From: Callorhinchus milii
Lineage: Eukaryota
Direction: 5' to 3'
DNA length: 64,000 nt
Assembly: GCF_018977255.1 (NCBI RefSeq)
Contig: NW_024704743.1
Location: 2,170,001 to 2,234,000, forward strand
Shown: piece by piece, positions 59,965 through 64,000 of the stretch
Layout: every line of letters begins with the position of its first letter
Position numbering within the stretch: the stretch's first letter is position 1
Program-made: the position numbers and the translations under genes
Notes under the pieces: generated by a model
What the model saw: only the letters and a program-made list of their open reading frames with translations
What the model was told of the DNA's origin: nothing
The model's database searches: none

Positions 59965-60900
59965 TAAGGTCTTGAGATGGGCCTTGAAGGAGGCGAGGGA
60001 GGGGGCCGAGGTGCCGGGGGAGTTCCAGAGGATGGGGGCAGAAAGGCTGAAAGCCCGACTGTTGAAAGTAGAGCGGAGGGAGGGAGCGGAAACATTGGTG
60101 AAGTTTTAATAGGTCGCAGAGGTAGGGTGGAGCAAGAGAGCGTCGAAGGCTTGAAAGCCCCAGTAACAATGGAACCGTAATCCCGGTCTCAATGGGTGTC
60201 CAGTAATTCTCATGGCTGCTTATTTGAAATGAACAAAGCAGAGAAGCGGAAGGAAGAGTTAGTTCACAGATGGCCAAATAATTGTTTTATAAGAGCGTAA
60301 AGCTGCCCGATTCAAAATGACCTCTTTTTTTTAATATAAAAAGGACTGGGTTTCAGCCTGATAAATACCAAGAGGTTGGCAACGCCTTGCAGGACGTCAG
60401 CAAAACAAGTGCTCGGGTATAGCCAGGGGCCTGTGTGAGCATCAGGCAGCGAAATGACTGGACGCTGACCAGTCCTCGCCCATTTTAATGGGTCACGGAA
60501 ATTATTCTCGAATGCCTCTGCTATTGGCTACCTGCAAAGCAATGGCTTTATGCTTCCTCCTCCTCCCCTCTCTCCCTCCTCACGTCGCAGCCCGTCTCTC
60601 AACGTGAAGCTGGAGTGTGCATCCGAGCAGATCAGTGTGCTCGCCTCCCGAGGTCGGGGGCTGTGACAGAAGTCGAGCAGAACCGGGGCCGTGCCAATAC
60701 CGAGCCGCGGACAGTTAGAACTCATCACAGGGCAGAAATCAGGACACCAGGCCTTCTGGAGCAGAGGAGAGAGTTGGGTGTCATCCGCATCCACGTGGAA
60801 ATGGGTCCCAATGGATATTAAACGAGGGGGGGGGGGGGGAGCCACCAGATGGTGGAAAAGGCTGAGGTTAGAGCTAAAAAACATCTTAAACGACTGTGTG
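59965..60900 (-). mobile_element. L2 LINE fragments (59965-60125 and ~60560-60900)
   Basis: LAPPYLCDLL and FHVDADDTQL (variant of YADDTQL). Confidence 0.7.
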
Positions 60901-61984
60901 TGGGGTGGGGAGGGCAGGAGGAAAAGCCGTTAGAAAACCCTTACCGATGGCAAGCTCTCTGGACAGACACGATGATAAATACCATTCAGTTAAATCTGAA
61001 ATAATGAAGCGACGACAGCAAATTACATTTGTATATAGAGCCTTTCACGTCAGCAGGACGTGCCCAGGCGCTGACAGTCGATCAATTAACGACAGATAAC
61101 TTGTGATGCTGATATGTGTATGTTTTTTTAAAAAATCCACCACTGTGTGTGGGGACGCTGCTGTGTGCGATCGGCTGCTGCGTTTTACCCGCAAAGTGTA
61201 CAGTCCATTCACTTTACGGTATATCCTGTGAAGCGCTTTGAGACGTCTCGAAGACGTGATCAGGCGCTGTGTCAAATGCCGGGATTATTATTATTACAAT
61301 AGAATCTGTCTCCGCCACTTTACTTGGCAGTGAATTCCACACCCCCACCACGCTCTCTGAGCGAGGGGGAAAAAAAAATCCTCCTAAATTCTCCTTTTAC
61401 GCTCTTTTGTGGCTACCTTTTACCTTTGTTCCCCCAATCAGTGGAAATAACTTCTCTCTCATCATCGTAGCAAACCCTCTCGTGGTTTTGCACAGCTCCA
61501 CCATTATGCGTGAGAATGGGAAACCATAGAAATGTACAACACAGAGGGAGGATATGTTGCACTGTTGCAAAAATCCCTGGAGCTCTGTCCTACCTAGATA
61601 GGAATGTTGGTTCGGTAAGGGGCTCTAACCCAGTTTTTAACTGGTTGCACTTAGCAGCTCCATAGGTATCCAATTCCCCTCGAAAGGAATGTCATTTGTG
61701 GGTCGATCCTGAACGTACAGATTGTTGATGGGAGCCTTGAAGACGCTCCCTCCTCGCTATCCCCTACGGGGGCCGAACGGCAATGTCACACCTACCTTCA
61801 CACTGATTATTTCGTACACCCGGAACAGTCAGAGATGTAAACAGTATAGCATGAGAGCAGCGGACACTGTGCCTTCAGTAGGGGGGTGTCTGCATTCCAC
61901 GCTCCATTTAATCATTCCATAGGAACATAGGAAAACAAAACCGGAGGCCATTCAGCTCATCCAGGCTGCACCTCCAGTTTATTT

Positions 61985-62910
61985 AGGAACCCAGTTGTCA
62001 GTCGGTGGGGGTAATAATCCCTTCAGAAAATACAGAATAATAATTTGGTCACTCAATCCACGACTGTTTGTGGTTCACTGCCCCGTTTGCCTACAAAATA
62101 CATAGTCAATACCCGTGACAGTGTATCCTGTTTTGAGACGGCCTCCCAAAGGAATCATTGCCCCCAGAAAAGCGATCCACCAATCGACTTAACAACCGGG
62201 GTCCTAATTATTGCTGGGTAAACAGAGGTGTGTGTGTGTGTGTGTGTGTGGATTAAGGAAACTTGCCCAAGGTTTTGCCCTGCCGGGAATCGAACGCAGG
62301 TCTCTCGCTTGCGAGGCGAGTGCTCTAACCACAGTGACAGCTCTTGTGGTTCATTATCCTAATTAATTAATTAGGTTACAGCACCGTGGCTCACTCCCAG
62401 GTATTCCTTCTGATTATATAAATATATAGGTCAAGGCACCCTGCAGTAATTATGCTTCAACATCGCTGAAGACATCAAGGACAAGAAAAATCCTAGCAAC
62501 AAACGTTCGCCTGCAAGGTACACAGTCATTACACTTCACGATCTAACCTGTAAAGTGAATTGTTTTGATAATAATAATAATAAAAATAATCCTTGCATTT
62601 GATATATCGCCTTATCACATTTTTGAGACGTCTCAAAGCCCTTCAAAGCGAATTGCCTGTGGATTTTGTTGGGTGCGACGTTTTGAGACGTCTTCTCAGC
62701 TCGAAAGATACGATATCAAATATAAGGAATGTTATTATTAACGCTCAAACCGCGGCTGTTTGTGGGGACGCTGCTGTGCGCAATTGGCTGCCGCGTTTCA
62801 CCCACAAAACACACAGTCAATTCCCTTTACAGTATACCGTGAAGCGCTTTGAGACGTCTTGAAGACGTGATAAGGCGCTGTATCAAATGCCGGGATTATT
62901 ATTATTATTA
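61985..62910. mobile_element. Cluster of SINE family A fragments in both orientations
   Basis: + 61985-62130; - 62165-62333 with (TG)n; - 62570-62650; + 62742-62910. Confidence 0.8.
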
Positions 62911-63314
62911 TCCTTCACATCGGATAATGTCTGAGAGTGTTTTGCCCTCGGAGTGCACTCACTACTCCAGCTCTACTCCTGACCCAATTTACTGTAGTTT
63001 ATTTAAAAAAAACACATTAAAATATGATTAGTTATGTTCATGTTCATTTAAACCTTTATCCAATCTGTTTGACAAATTGCTTAGACTTAATTGAAAATTC
63101 GAAGGGCAGTTCACAACCTCTTACAGTGGTTGGGCTGATGTGGTTGCAAAAAACTTAATTTGTGCCGTGCAGTTAAAGGACTGGTCATGTGGTTCCAAAT
63201 CAAAATATCTTACAGGGATGTAAATGAGGTAATTTTTCTTCCGTGCATTGACTTCAAGGTACATTCCCCTTTATAAATTCCTTCACAATCTCAGCGCCTC
63301 CTTATCTCTCTGAT

Positions 63315-63659
63315 CTGTAGCTCAGGGGTTAGAGCGCTCGGCTCGCGAGCGAGGACCTGGGTTTGATTCCCGGACAGTGCGAAACATTGGCCAAGTTTCC
63401 TTACTCCACTGTTTACCCAGCAGGAAGTAGTTAGTGGATTGGCGGATAGCTTTTCCAGGGGTAATATTCCTTAAAACAAAATAATTTGGTGACTCAATCC
63501 ACGACTGTTTGTGGGGACGCTGCTGTGCGCAATTGGCTGCCCACAAAATATACAGTCACTTCACTTTACAGAATATTCGGTGAAGCGCTTTCAGAAGTTT
63601 CAAAGACATGATAAAGCGCTTTATCAAATGTAAGAATTATTAATATTATTATTATTATT
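63315..63659 (+). mobile_element. SINE family A, near full length
   Basis: Head, core and (ATT)n tail. Confidence 0.9.
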
Positions 63660-63739
63660 TTACGCCCATAACTTCTGGACCTCCGCCCTCTACCCCTTCC
63701 GCCTCTCCCTCTCTTTAAATCCCACATTAATAATAATAA

Positions 63740-63945
63740 TCATAGAATCGTACAGCACAAAAAGAGGCCATTCGGCCCATCGAGTCTTTGAATAGAGCAA
63801 TTAATGTCAATCCCACTCCTCGGCCCTTTCCCCATAACCTGCAAACCCGTCCTCCTCAAATACCCGTCCACCGCGTTTTTAAAGGTAGTTATTGAATCGG
63901 ACTTGATCACTCTTTCAGGCAATGCGTTCCAGAGTCGAACAACTC
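63740..63945 (-). mobile_element. CR1 LINE 3' end; similar decayed pieces at ~1725-2150 (-), 38520-38720 (+) and 61300-61550 (-)
   Basis: RVVRLWNALPERVI...ITTFKNAVDGYL and the CATAGAAT...GAGGCCATTCGGCCCATC terminus. Confidence 0.85.
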
Positions 63946-64000
63946 GGCATAATCCCGGCATTTGATACAGCGCCTCATCACGTCTTCGAGATATCTCAAA

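Larger units (their letters stand above)
3620..64000. repeat. Many additional short SINE/L2 tail fragments, summarised in one entry
   Basis: The motif AAGCGCTTTGAGACGTC...ATCAAATGCAAG or its reverse is seen near 3620-3758, 5455-5530, 7190-7305, 13315-13460, 17404-17470, 24060-24220, 25140-25257, 28160-28270, 36790-36900, 40338-40540, 44235-44413, 47180-47265, 47806-47880, 56165-56232, 57105-57240, 57357-57466, 61135-61296 and 63950-64000. Confidence 0.85.

Noticed and set aside
61625-61632. CTAACCC as a telomerase RNA template, and nearby TCCTCGC as an HDV-ribozyme loop
   Set aside because: I could not build the surrounding pseudoknot, CR4/5 or H/ACA elements, nor the HDV P1-P3 pairings. No hammerhead CUGANGA/GAAA core was seen.
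59300-64000. SHH exons expected downstream from vertebrate synteny
   Set aside because: No Hedgehog-like peptide is visible in the ORF track or sequence; the region is mostly TE-derived.
1-64000. Recurrent ~40-nt motif as a CRISPR-like array
   Set aside because: Copies are dispersed, in both orientations and irregularly spaced; they are SINE/L2 3' tails.

Overview
This is vertebrate nuclear DNA. The SINE/LINE content suggests a cartilaginous fish, probably a chimaera such as Callorhinchus; the species call is an inference. The window holds the 3' part of one + strand gene, RBM33 (RNA-binding motif protein 33). I traced 14 GT-AG exons with consistent phases from 156 to the stop at 50215. They total 3150 nt (1049 aa plus stop), and the N-terminal exons lie upstream of the window. 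A long, TE-poor 3' UTR region follows. The introns and downstream DNA are dense with one tRNA-head/Deu-domain/L2-tail SINE family, older SINEs, and L2, CR1 and RTE-like LINE fragments. The main candidates for follow-up are: (1) an antisense, internally deleted endogenous retrovirus (10087-12593) with a 5-bp TSD, an intact 5' LTR and Gag capsid joined in frame to integrase; (2) a 32-bp G-U-rich hairpin and several stop-containing candidate exons in RBM33 introns, suggesting splicing/NMD autoregulation; (3) a cluster of strong splice acceptors downstream of the stop codon; (4) a hairpin-dense ~350-nt segment at 61.56-61.91 kb. No prokaryotic features, CRISPR arrays or true tRNA/rRNA genes were seen. 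Repeat boundaries are approximate.
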